Source: Lingula anatina (lineage: Eukaryota > Animalia > Brachiopoda). Taken from it: DNA of 64,000 nucleotides. Position 1 is the first letter of the stretch; each line of letters starts with the position of its first letter. The DNA is taken from assembly GCA_051362555.1 (NCBI GenBank), contig CM120648.1:12892587-12956586 (forward strand), read 5' to 3'. A model generated the notes under the pieces. The model searched no databases. It was not told where the DNA came from and was given only the letters and a program-made list of their open reading frames with translations. The position numbers and the translations under genes are program-made. Below are positions 21,701 to 33,800 of the stretch, one piece after another.

Positions 21701-24700
21701 TCTGTTACTCTCGTTTAAATCTCGTTTGTCAGAATAGGTGCCTTCGTCTGTCGTTTGGAGAGGACACAAACAGAAACGCAGTCAAAAGTTTCTTAAAATG
21801 AGAGAATTACAGAGTGCAGAGGATATAACGTTGGATAAGGTTATCAAAAAACAGGTAAGTGCTTTTAAATGCATAACTACTCGAAATATGAAGATAAATT
21901 GCAACTTTTATGGCTTGGGGTCTCACTGTGTAAGTGTCCAGCTCCACGTCGATCTCGCGAGGTGGTGTGTGGAGAATAAATATTGCACGAAAAATATTTC
22001 CCACTCATAACAAGTGCTTATAAATATAGTATCAGATGAAGAAAGTTTGGTCTTTATACAGTTGCAATTGTTTAGTTATTTGTGGCAAAAGCATAGAATA
22101 AAACTTAGGTGCACTTTCAGTAGCCGAATAACAAGCAGATGCATAAGCCGCCATCTTGTTTATGTTTCGAAAACAAATAACTCCAAAGGACATTTTCCTC
22201 CTACTTTTTGATACTTGTGTCACATGACAGTCATAAAATTTAACTAATTGGTGTGTGTGCAATACATTTTCTTGAGCAGTATTGTTGTTCTTTTCGATTT
22301 TACATGTGGTCTAGCTTGAATACGACAAGGGACAATTTTCACCAGTCCAGATCAAAAAGTGTTACGCTTGTTACGGCCAAAAGCCTGAACGTTTTTTGCA
22401 CTTTTCAAATGCGTGATTATAAAAGATTTTGGTGTATTTAGATTCTTGAACATCTTGGTCGTGGCTTGGTATATATTGCATGGGTATTGCTCCAATATTT
22501 CTTGAAAAAAATAACCTGTTTTGTTCAGAATACCAATTTTTTACTTTAGTGTTATGGGTAAATGTACCATTTTTGCCTTTACCTTTTTCGTGTTTAAAAC
22601 TAAGAAGACTTATCATAACAGTTGGTCATCATTTTTCTTCTCACCATGGTGGGTGGCTTTGGAGTGGTAACTTTGTTGTTAAAGCAAGGTGCTCAGTTAT
22701 TTTGACTGGAAAAGTTTTGCCTCCACTCAGCATTTTCCATCATGGCGGTCTAACGGGAAGTTTGACTTCACAGTGTCTTTGGTATAGTTATTTTAAACTT
22801 ATTTAGTCTTCTTTTTACATATATATGTTTTAATTCATATTAAACCTATGAAAAAAGAACACACATGAATCCTGGTGCTTCTGAATTTAAAGTCTTAAGG
22901 CTGTAGGCTCCACCAATTACTTTACCTGTTATCTCACTACACATCTCCCTTTGAGTCAAGGTGTGTAAGACACCTCTATAATTAAGGAGTACTTGCTTCT
23001 CTACTTTAATTATACTTCACTACTTTGGCATGTTAGGTGGCAAGCTTGGATGTTTCAGTTCATTTTAAGAAAGAAGCTTTGCCTTGGTGGTTACAAAAGA
23101 ATAGAACTCTGTTAAGGTTTATTCATTACTTGAAAGTAAATATTTCATCTTGTAGTGTTGAAACAGAAATTCTCTCAAAATTGATAATGAATTTTACATG
23201 CATATCTTAACACTACTCAAGTTTTTTTTCTTCTATTATAGATATGGGAGAAGGCTGCATTGAATATATGAATTATGGTCAGGCTGGAAAAAATTTAAAA
23301 ATGTCAATGAAAAAAGGAAGTCAGCGTGTCTGGGGTAAGTTACTTTTGTCATAATGCCTAAGATGCATTAAACATTCACTAACAACAGTACCCTTTTTAA
23401 TTTTTTTCAAAATACGACAACCTTGGGCATTTTCCTTTTAGCAACCAGCCTCTCTGAAATCCCCTTTTTGTCCTGTCAGAAGAGTAGGAACCAGGGCAGA
23501 TTTAAATAATTTCTTGTAATAAGTACAATTTCTTTCAATTTCTTGGGGTTATCAGCTTGTGATCATGAATCTTGATATTCTACATAAATTTAGTTGTAAA
23601 TTGTTCATTTATGTGGTGAACATTATTTCAGTCAAGTCATAACAAGACACATTAAACTTCACTGCGTAATTCCATAATGTCTACATGGATACTAGTAGTT
23701 CATAATGCTATTATTATGTTTTTTTTTTTTTTTTTCTAACCTACAGGTTTCTCTCTTTTCTGAGTGGCATGGCATTGGCAGGCAGAAGAAAAGGCCCTGA
23801 AGAAATTCTCACTTGAGTTGTCCTTTTTGGAGAAGAAACTGGATAAGACTGGCCAACAGAGATTGCATTAAATTAATAGTGCTCCTTCATGACATTTTAA
23901 AATATTTTCAGTCACCTAACTGACTCTATACATTTCAAAAGTTGACATAAATTTTATGTTACTGTCACATGGAAAAAAATTCAAAACCTATATATAATAT
24001 GTTGAGTGCCATGGTATAAAAGTCTACTTGATTGCCAGTAAAATTTGGACTGTTTCAGTGAAATTTCTTTAAACCAGTCACTTACTGGCCCAGTTAATTT
24101 TTTCAGCTGTAACATGTACTCCAGTTCATTTTATAAATGTCCTTACTAGGTGTTGTCAGATTTATAATAACCTTTTGAAAATCCCATGTTTTTTATCCTA
24201 TTTGTAAGAATTAGCCACTTTATCTTCTAGGTTTTTTTTCATTCAGCCCATTAGATTCTCAGACCTTGCTGGCCTGTGAGTGGAATAGTATCTGGCACAG
24301 ACTGGTATCAGCAAGTCAGATAAAAAAGAATGTAATTATTTCTATTTGCACGGTTGAAAAAAATTCCATCATAGACTGCATAAAACTGGAAAACTGTAGC
24401 AACTTAATCATTCTTATGACTTCATTAATTACTGCTTATGTTTAAAATTTTGTTTTTGTTCTTCTATTGATGTAATAAAATGGTTTTACTCACAGATGCT
24501 ACTATCATGATGCTTGAGTATAGAGTTGACTTAAAAGATATTTTAAGTTAATATAGTAAATAATAGTTTGAAATTCAAAATTCTCATCTTTATTTGTTTC
24601 ACTTTAAAGAGCTCAGTTAATACTAAAATTTCTGATATATTTTGTACGTAAATATATTTATGAATGAATAAAAATTACTCTTAATGTTTAGCACTGTGCA

Positions 24701-26275
24701 CTTGTTTACCGACAAATAAGAAGTGTTAGAAAATAAAAAGGGAGATTTCCAAGATAAAGAAACTTGTAACGAGTATTTAGTAAACTGACATGTCGTGGCA
24801 TTGCCTCAACCTTTGATTAAAATTTCACTTTAATGCATTATGATATTAAAATTATACCGAGTGAGAGAAAAAAATACTTAAAGAAATTTAAAACCAGTCA
24901 CAAAGCTTAGGCACTGTCTCAATATATATGTTTATGGGGCCAAAGGGCAGGGGGTCCAAACGTTTATGTATTAATATTATGCCCTTTGGCAGTGAGGACA
25001 GAGTTCACTTGAATGTCATTTTCACAAACCACAGTTGGGACGTTTTCTTTTGACTTATCCTTGGTGATTTTTCACTGTGTTGTGCAAAAGAAAAGCCATC
25101 TATCACCGACTCAAAAAAAACTCATGGCGACCATCCTCAGTCACCACCTTATAATCGCTTTCTATGATATCGTTCCCTCCCAGCACATCGTCCAAATAAC
25201 TACCTGTGAAAAAAATCGTCAGCATACAGCGCCGCTTTGACACTACTGATCTCGAATTCTAACGCGAAATAACGCATATAAAATCAATCTCCAAGCGGAG
25301 GAGAGCGACCCAGACGAAACATTGAGACAGGAGGCCCCCCCGTAGCTAGCTCCGCCCACCGTAACAGACATCGAACAACAGAGAGGCTTGCGTGTAATCT
25401 CCTTCTGTTATAACTCCTTGGTTTCTCTTACTTCGTAAGTACGATTTCCGAAAACGTACTGTAACTGACAAGTAGCATAATTGTAGTATCGGTGTTGATG
25501 GTTTTTAGTTTTTGCCCAGCACGTGCCATGTTAACTTTTTTAGACATTCTCGCAACGAGTTTCACGTTGTTTCCAGTTGAAAGTTGATGTAAGTTGATTT
25601 AAGTAGATGAAACTTGATGTAACTGATACAAGACGATACACAGAACCAGCTGATGTTACCAGTTGATGTTATATATCGTTGACAGTTGAATAAAATTGAT
25701 CGACACCCGCAACACGTACGCTTCACTCGCAATACACGTACGATTATCTCACTCACTGTGTGCGACACAAGTAGGCCTACAGATCGTACGTGCTCCGTAC
25801 TTCTTCCTACTTCCAAAAAGGTGTACAGACCACTTGCGGGCCCCACGTTTAGAGCACGAAACACCTACTCATAAAGTATTTACTACTTACGTCCGCTGCG
25901 ATTTAATTTTCATCCTGCGACAACGCTACGCCTGACAAGAACTCCTAGGACGCCGACCTCTAAGCACGCACGACGGGTTGTAAGACAGCCTTAAGATAAT
26001 TTAAGGCCCTTTTCACGAACCACCCTGAACATCATCAAGCAGTGGAGATTAATCAGATAATCTAGGCCTACATAGTGAAAAGTTTACATAACCTACATAC
26101 GTGAATATGAGATATAGGGTCATGGGTAAACTTTTCAAACAAAATATGGCATTTGAATTCGATAAGATTGGCGATTTCAGGAAGAAAATATTCAGTTCCT
26201 CCCCCCCCCCCCCCCCCCGGCCCTCTCTCCGTCTTCTCCCTCCTTGTGTCTTTGCTTACCCCACTCCCCTTCCCC

Positions 26276-26306
<31 letters not shown>

Positions 26307-27364
26307 ACAATGTGCGACCATATAGAGGTACAGTGCCGCCGGAATCTCCCCTTACTTACCCTCCGGGTCGCTGCGGGTTGTACGGACGGCCTGGCTCGGT
26401 AACTATGGAAATAACATTGTCATCCATACGCTGTTTGGTTTCTGTTAACAATAGTTCCATACCCTGCCCGTCGGGCAATTATCGTGACAAACTTTCTGCT
26501 AACAAAAAAGCCTAACCCTAGCTCGCTGAGATAAAGAGCGAAGGTGAGCGTGGTCGCAATTAAGTGTTCGTCCAAGCGTTAATTGACCTTTAATGCGCGG
26601 TGGCTTCACTCTACTTTGATCACTCTACTCTGATACGGAGATTTTAAGTATAAGAACTTGCCAACAGTGATTTTTAAAAGTCGCTTTACCAAAAAGATTC
26701 GGTGATGACAGCAATTTTCGTGTACATTGTAGCTATGAATTGATTGAATTTACGTAGAGTTTAATAAATGAATTTATGAATTTATTAAAGATCAAATAAA
26801 ACACTACTTGTACATGTAATATTTATTAGGCTTCAAACTGTCTTTCCTATATACATATTATTAACAAGATTGAAATTTATTTTTATAGTATGTCCTTATA
26901 TTTCTATTAGTTTTGTTCATGTACGTGAACTTGCATATACGATAATTGCATTTATTAATTTAAAAAAACTCGAAATTACCGTCTTTTCCAACTATTTCCC
27001 TTATGAAATATATCCAAGTAGGCCTAGCGCTGACAGTATCTGCGTTCTTCATGAAAGCCTCTTGGATCAGCTCATAAGTCCCCAGCATTATCATGTGCTG
27101 TTCACCAAATTTAACGTGCATGATATCTCCGTATGTATCGTACCATGGAAGAAGATCCGTAGGTTGTCTTCTCCTACCGCTGATCATCATCTGTGGGAGA
27201 CATCCCACCACGGGGAAACAAACAGGTCCGGGCGGCCAGTTCACCCGAGGATTCCTCGACGACAGCATCCACAGACTTAACAACAACACTGCTACGAATA
27301 TCAAAACAGTCGGCTGAGCAGCAGTTGAGAAAAACTCCATAATACCCTGTACGGCGTTGGCCAT
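17656..27364 (-). CDS. Cytochrome P450, clan 2 (CYP2-like), copy 3; 8 exons, 500 aa, intact
   Basis: Exons 26980-27364, 20722-20953, 20382-20487, 19938-20094, 19513-19649, 19241-19337, 18228-18434, 17656-17837; GT-AG, same sizes and motifs as copy 1. Confidence 0.94.
18727..19070 (+). mobile_element. Miniature Penelope-like (Neptune-type) insertion in the (TA)n tract of copy 3 intron 6
   Basis: Inverted repeats of about 75 bp (18727-18800 / 18953-19030) flank NFNKEQWKTLNILRNDNDIIIKEADKGSAVVIMD, the PLE N-terminal DKG motif; the termini match the element end at 57622-57670. Confidence 0.8.
21231..25991. mobile_element. Non-autonomous PIF/Harbinger-type element (host of a nested insertion)
   Basis: TIRs of about 30 bp agctactcttacaaccggtc / gacgggttgtaagacagcct; TSD TAA; empty site gttTAAgat in copies 1 and 4; second copy at 48921-49916. 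Confidence 0.8.
21584..25420. mobile_element. Nested DNA transposon, P-element-like, non-autonomous
   Basis: Perfect TIRs of about 31 bp CAAGGAGTTATAACAGAAGGAGATTACACGC; 7-bp TSD GTTTCTC (21577-21583, 25421-25427). CANRG ends with a 7-8 bp TSD fit the P superfamily. No intact transposase seen. Confidence 0.7.
26331..26920. mobile_element. Unclassified insertion of about 590 bp in copy 3 intron 1
   Basis: Absent from copies 1 and 4 (empty site agagGTACgtgaa); flanked by GTAC on both sides; starts CAGTGCCGCC (hAT-like) but has no matching right TIR. Confidence 0.5.
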
Positions 27365-28203
27365 TTTGAGCTTAGCGTGTTGATGACGCAAAATATTTGA
27401 AAGTTACAATTTCTACACCAGCGCAATGTGAGAACCAGTATGACGGTAGTGATATATATATAGCGGTATAACCCCTGAAAGTCAACACGGCTCAAGGTCA
27501 ATTCATGCGCCATTTAACCCGATAGTAGCGCCAGCGTGTGCACGTGTACACATTTGTATGATCAGAAAAGGGGACTCTTCCCCACCCATACAGCACACCT
27601 TGCTTTGTGTGGTAGGTACGGCATAATTAAAGGGAATAATAGTGGCAAAGTTTTTCAGGCCTTCACTACTGTCACTGGGAGTACACATGTACAGTGTATA
27701 TCAACATTCAACCAGAAACCTAGCTGTGTCATGTCTGCCTGCAGTTAAAAGTCAAAAACTGGGTCGATGTATTAAAAGGTACTGTCGCACTCAAACGTGT
27801 GAGGAAAATTACCCAAACAAGGACGTCCAAACGCAAAGGGTGCGTTCGGCCTTCGTTGTATACATCCTTTCATACGCGGGGGAGATGAAATGTTTTGATA
27901 AGCTTCAAAAACAAACTCATGCGCTGTTTATAGCTATACGTTTATTCTCATACGCTGAAAAAAGCGTATAATCAGTTTTACATACGATACTCATACGTAT
28001 ATACACTGTATACCTCTGTACACTGTATACCTCTGTAGTTGGCATGAGCACTATTACTTGTGACGTGTACAGTTCTTGGAGCGATCAAACTTTCCCCGCC
28101 TCATTAGAAGAATAATCCTTTCAGGCTTATTGCAGAAAAGGATCTTCATCCGCCTCAATGCATGTATCTACGGTTTTCAAAACACGAATCTATCAATGTA
28201 TAC

Positions 28204-28265
28204 CAGGGCCGTAGCCTCCGGGGGGGCAGGGGGGGCAGCTGCATTTTGCTCAGGCTACGGCCCTG
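28204..28265. mobile_element. 62-bp MITE in the copy 4/copy 3 spacer
   Basis: 13-bp TIR CAGGGCCGTAGCC / GGCTACGGCCCTG; 5-bp duplication TATAC; absent from the other spacers. Confidence 0.75.
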
Positions 28266-28505
28266 TATACTTTAGACACTCAAACAACTGCACGACGTTC
28301 TTTATAGCGATACATGAAAAACATTATTGCCAAGAGGAAAGGCACGGAAACCATTTCGAGACTAAACGAAGTATTTTAGTTTAGATACCGTCAGTCTGAC
28401 AGTCACGTGTCAGACTCGGATTATCTGATGTATTTATACAGATAATGTTGTCCATGTACAAGTAGTAACCGGTACATTCATAGTAAGGGACAGTGTATCT
28501 CCGTT

Positions 28506-30859
28506 CTAGCGTCTAACAGCGCACACGTTGTAGGGGTACGGCGTGAAAGTGAACGTGTTGAGGCCTTCCACTCCATCGGGTGGTTTCTCGCCTTCTGGTA
28601 CTTTGAAGGTAAAATTCTGAAGCAACGTCGTGAAGAAAATGAACGATTCCATTTCCGCCAGTCCCTTGCCCAGGCAAATACGGGGTCCTGAAATAAATAA
28701 ATAAATGAATAAAGCAGGAGCATTTAAAATGAATTGAAAAATAAAAATGAAATAAATAATATAGATCTTTAGTACTTTTATGTAAATCTATCCTTGGTTT
28801 ACTTAGTCCGAATGTGGCATGATCTGAATCGAACTAAGTACCTTCTACTACAGTGAGTTTAATTATGTCATTTTAATAGCTGTGGTTTGCGTAATAGAGT
28901 CGGTTGAGGTATGATGCTTACATTCACAATATAGGCTACATGTACATGTATATAAGATCGCATTCACAACGAGTTGAGCCAGGCTTTACAAATCCTGGGA
29001 ACTAAATATGGCGGTCGTACATGAAAGAAAAACCGCCTAATCTCTCCGCCTCTCACACGTCTCCCCACACGTCGTCCCTGCGGGGCGGGGGGGGGGGGGG
29101 GGGGCAGTCATTAAATCTCGGCTCCATTGGGACGACACATGGGGAGGCGTGTGAGAGACGGAGAGACTATTAAAAGATAAGGCGGTTTTTCTTTCATGTA
29201 CGTCCACCATATTTAGTCCCCAGGATTTGTAAAGCCTGGCTCAACTCGTTGTGAATGCGATCTAAGACATTTGTTTTAACAACTTGTTGATGCATAAGTG
29301 CAATCATAATCATTATTATTACTATTATTATTATTTGTCTTTTTAACTTACGAGATATAATGGATTTAAGAATAGAACACATGTACTGTAGCATACCCAT
29401 AGAAAACGCTATCATTTTGTCCGACTTGACCACTTTACCGTCGCCATCCAGCCATCTTTCTGGTTTGAACTTGTAAGGATCTTCGAAGTTATTCTTATCG
29501 TGGAGAACCCGGTACAAATCTCCCACTATTATCGTTCCCTTGGGAATGGTGTATCCTGCCAAGTTGGTTGTTTCACTGGTGGCATGGGGCCCACCTAACG
29601 GAACTGTTGACATGGAGGAAAACAGCTATCATATATTAAGCTGGCATAATTGACTGATGGGGTAGTGGGGGAGTGGGGGGGGGGAGGGATATATATTAAT
29701 TATATCAATTTCCATTGTCCTGAGTGTTCTTAAACGAGTGTCTGCATACATGTACTAAAGTACGTATGTTAAGATACTTCATGGTATATTACCACTTCAT
29801 GGGATAAATGCTCTGATTTTTCAGTCAAATCGACTTCATAGGATAAAATGCGACTTCATCTCCACATAAGATATTGTCTGCGACTTCATGGGATAATGAT
29901 TAAAAAGTACCTGTTGTTGGCCAAACGCTATGAGAGAGAACGTTTTTGTACTGTAAATATTATCCAAAATAGGTAAACTGTACGTTTCAATTTACTTGTA
30001 TGACTGAATAGGGTTTCTTAAGTGGTATTGGATGCATGTTTTGAGTTATTTGAAAATACACAGGCATATGTAGGTGAGAATCAAGTATTTCTAAAAATCA
30101 GTACATTATGGGAGATTGTGGTCAGCGTTGACAAAAATGGGGTCCAGACCCCCTGGGCCCTCCCTTCCCAGATCCGCTTGATGCATAAAACTAATGGATC
30201 AGGTAAACCAGGCTATGAAAACAAAATTTACGCCTAGGTTACTGGATTATAAGATGGATAAATATATAAATAGGAATCAATTATTAAAGATAAATAAATA
30301 GATAATAGTGTTGAAAAAGAAGCAGAGAAGGTCGTGTATATAATTGTGCTCTACAATTATCTTGATCTAGTCGCGTCCCACTCTGAAAAGACTAATTTTT
30401 CCATGAGGAAAGACACGCGCAAGTGTAATGATTTACGTCGGCGTTCGGAGGAGGGAGGGGGTAGGCTTACTTGTTGTTTAGCAGCCTAATTAACGTAGTT
30501 GATCTGCGAGATCAACAGGCTTGTAGATTGATATTTATTCAGAATTGTGGTTGATTGTAATTTTTACATCGTAATTTCTGCTATCTACCCGTAGATCTTT
30601 AGTAGTGGGACTTTGCAGTCCTTGGGGGGGGGGGATATTTTTTATATCGTTGTTACTGGCATCCTCTATCCATTAAAGTGAGGAACACGAGACGTTGGGG
30701 ATATTTAAACTTGCCATTAGGAATGTGCACGTGTCTTTTGGATTTTTGGTGACTTTGGTGACCGAGGGGTGGTTGATTATTACCTTTAAATTGTATTTTC
30801 TGCTATATACCCATAAGTCTTTAGGTTGAGGAAACTAAAATGTCGGGGTGTGCATAGGC

Positions 30860-30893
<34 letters not shown>

Positions 30894-33800
30894 TGACCTT
30901 GGGTGTGGCTGTCCTTGGGGATATTGCACATATATATATTACCGTAATTTATTTCATCTCCCCCTAGACCATTCGAATTAGGAACATGAGTCTTTGGTGA
31001 ATGGGTGTGCTACATTAGTGTGACTTGGGGTGTGGCCGTCCCTAGGGGGTGGGGTGATTAGTGGTTTGTCAGGCAATGAAGCTGATTCCATAGACTGCAC
31101 TTAAGATTCCTTGCAGAGTTGGACCGACCCAGCTAGTACTATGTGTGAATCTGATGGCGGTCTTAATTAAAACCCATTCAAGACCCCATACTCTCAGGAA
31201 TCCTAGGGTCCAAGTCCCATTGTTCTTTAACATAAAACACACATGTTAATTACTGCTCTTGGGTAATAAACATTTTTTTGTGTTAAGACACAAGAGCAGT
31301 TAAACGCTAGGATTCCTGATCGAGTGTGTGGGGCCTTGAATTAGTTTTTAATTGGATTCCCTTACCTATATTTATGCATATGGCTGGAACTCCATTTAGT
31401 TCTGCATGTGCTTCTGCTGTTCTCTTCATTTCTCAAGGACCCATGCACATTCATTAAAATGACTGGTTCATCAATTTCCGTTTCATGTTCCTTAAAATTT
31501 AAGGGTACAGATGGCAGAAATAAAGTTGTGAAAAATAGAATCAACCACCCCCCGGGATAGCCACACCTGAAATATCATACTAACATTCCCGGAAACCTAT
31601 GCATATCCTCAATAGTAAACTTAACAGCCAGGAAGGTTTCATGTTCCCAACTGTAATGGCGTAAGGGTAGAAGCATGAATAACGATGTAAAATTTAAAAT
31701 CAACCTCCCCAGGAACGGCCACACCCAAATGTCACAAAAACCCAGAAGTACCCATACACATCCCCAAAGACAGATTTTTCAATCCCCATAGCCTTACGTT
31801 CCCAGCTTTATTGGTCTAAGGGTAGATAGCAGGAATTACAATGTCAATTAGACTCAACCGCCCCCAGGACCACAACCACCCCCCCCCCCAAAAAAAAAAA
31901 AAATCCGAAGTGCCCTTCCACATTCAAAATGGTATGTACCCACGTTTCATGTTCCTAGTATAAAATACGATGTAAAAATTAGAATAGACCACCCCCAGGG
32001 TCGACCACACCCCAAGTCACAATTGAATTCCGAAGAGCCTTAGCAGATCCCTATAATGATAGGTTTATTAATCCCGACGGATCAAGTTCCTAACTATGAT
32101 GGTTTTTAGAAAGTAACAATGTTAAATAGATTATGCATGTATATAATAAATTGTCCACCACAGGGAAAGTTTGACCAATATAACCGTACCTAGCCGAGAC
32201 AACCCTGTCCCCATTCCAATTCTACCTCTATAGAACTTCACATTAGCTATTTATTGAATAAGAAAAAATTCTGGTTGCAAAATGCGTTCCGGTTGAAAAA
32301 TTCGTTTTCACGATTTCCTTTGGTTGCAAAATGCGTTGCAGTTGCAAAATGCGGCTCTACACCAGTTTTATGAATCCCCAGCATTTCATTCTCCCAAACA
32401 ACTATCTGGACAGTTGACCGTTTCAAGTCATTCAGATTTCAGACTTTCCGACCTTAAGCGTTTTCATTAAGTATGTAGGCCAGGAGGTCAATCTTTTTAA
32501 ACGATCGAGGTATATTCGAAACATTTATGTTGCATATCAATAGAAAAGCCTATTTTGACAGCTTGTTATTGCAAGTCATAACATTTATGACATAGTTACA
32601 AAAGAGATACTTCTATAACACGAATAATGGAATAGACGGTTTGTTAAAGATATTAATGTGCACCTAGTGTGGAGCAAAATTAAAAACTCTCTGCCTAGTA
32701 GAGTTCTCAACCTACAGTGGAAAGACATACATTCTTGCTACTGTGTACTAGCCACATCTATAAACCTGCGCCGTCAATCAAATCACACATGGTCAGTTTT
32801 ATGCCCTAGTTTAAAGGCAAGGAATGTGTTTATTTATACTCTTCATTTGTCTTATACATCTAGTGCCTTAGACCCGCCATGATTCAACGTCCAAATATTA
32901 TCAGTTTTGAATCGTCCTGAAATCTGAAAAAATCTCAAAACTAAATGGGTAAAACAAAAAACTAGCTTTATACCGGAACTCTTGAAATAAAGTACATTAA
33001 TTATAGAAGTTAATCTCACGGGTATCTACGAGAACATCTGAAAATAACAGCTTCATTTAACTCCAACGAAATAAAATACGCACCATCATGTGAGTGAGTA
33101 ATGTTACTTCCCCCCCCCCCACACACACACACATACACACACACACACCCATTGCAAATACACGCGTCACTCTCGAAATCATGGTCTAGAATGAAACATC
33201 ATATCGACCTTTACGCCTAATTTCCACATCCAACCAGAACTGAAACATGTTTGGATACAATGTCCCATGAAGTGGTAATATACTACGAAGTCTCCTAAGG
33301 GTCCTTATTTTTTAACCAATGAAGTCAATTTCTATCACGAAGTAGTAATTCTTATCCTATAATATACTATGTGACTGGAAAACCACTATCAAAAACGGGA
33401 CAGGAAATAGGACAAACTCGCGTCCTCTTTTGTTGAATTTCCATTTTAAATCATATATATATAGCATTGGTCAAAAAGGTTGTCCCACCCCATTTCCATG
33501 TACTTTTATTTACAAATGATCACCTCATTGCTATGAACTGTTAGAAATAGTGCTTTTTATTACGGATACCGTGTCTAACATGATTAATGGTTTAAAAAAA
33601 TACAAAATAGTGGTGAAAATATACACATTTTATACCATTTAGTAAAATTTATAAGAGGTACCCCCTCAAATCGACTGTTTCACTGTGACTTCTACAGATG
33701 TAAAGAAATGTCTATAAAATTGAAAAGGCGCCATCAAATGTCACCAAATTCGCACACAATTAGCATTAGGGTGTTCTCATTAAAGATCACGTGCCTAACA

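Noticed and set aside
29768-33300. Kolobok assignment for the copy 4 composite insertion
   Set aside because: The left flank has TTAA, but the right has CTAA and the paralogous empty site contains no TTAA, so the TSD is unsupported.
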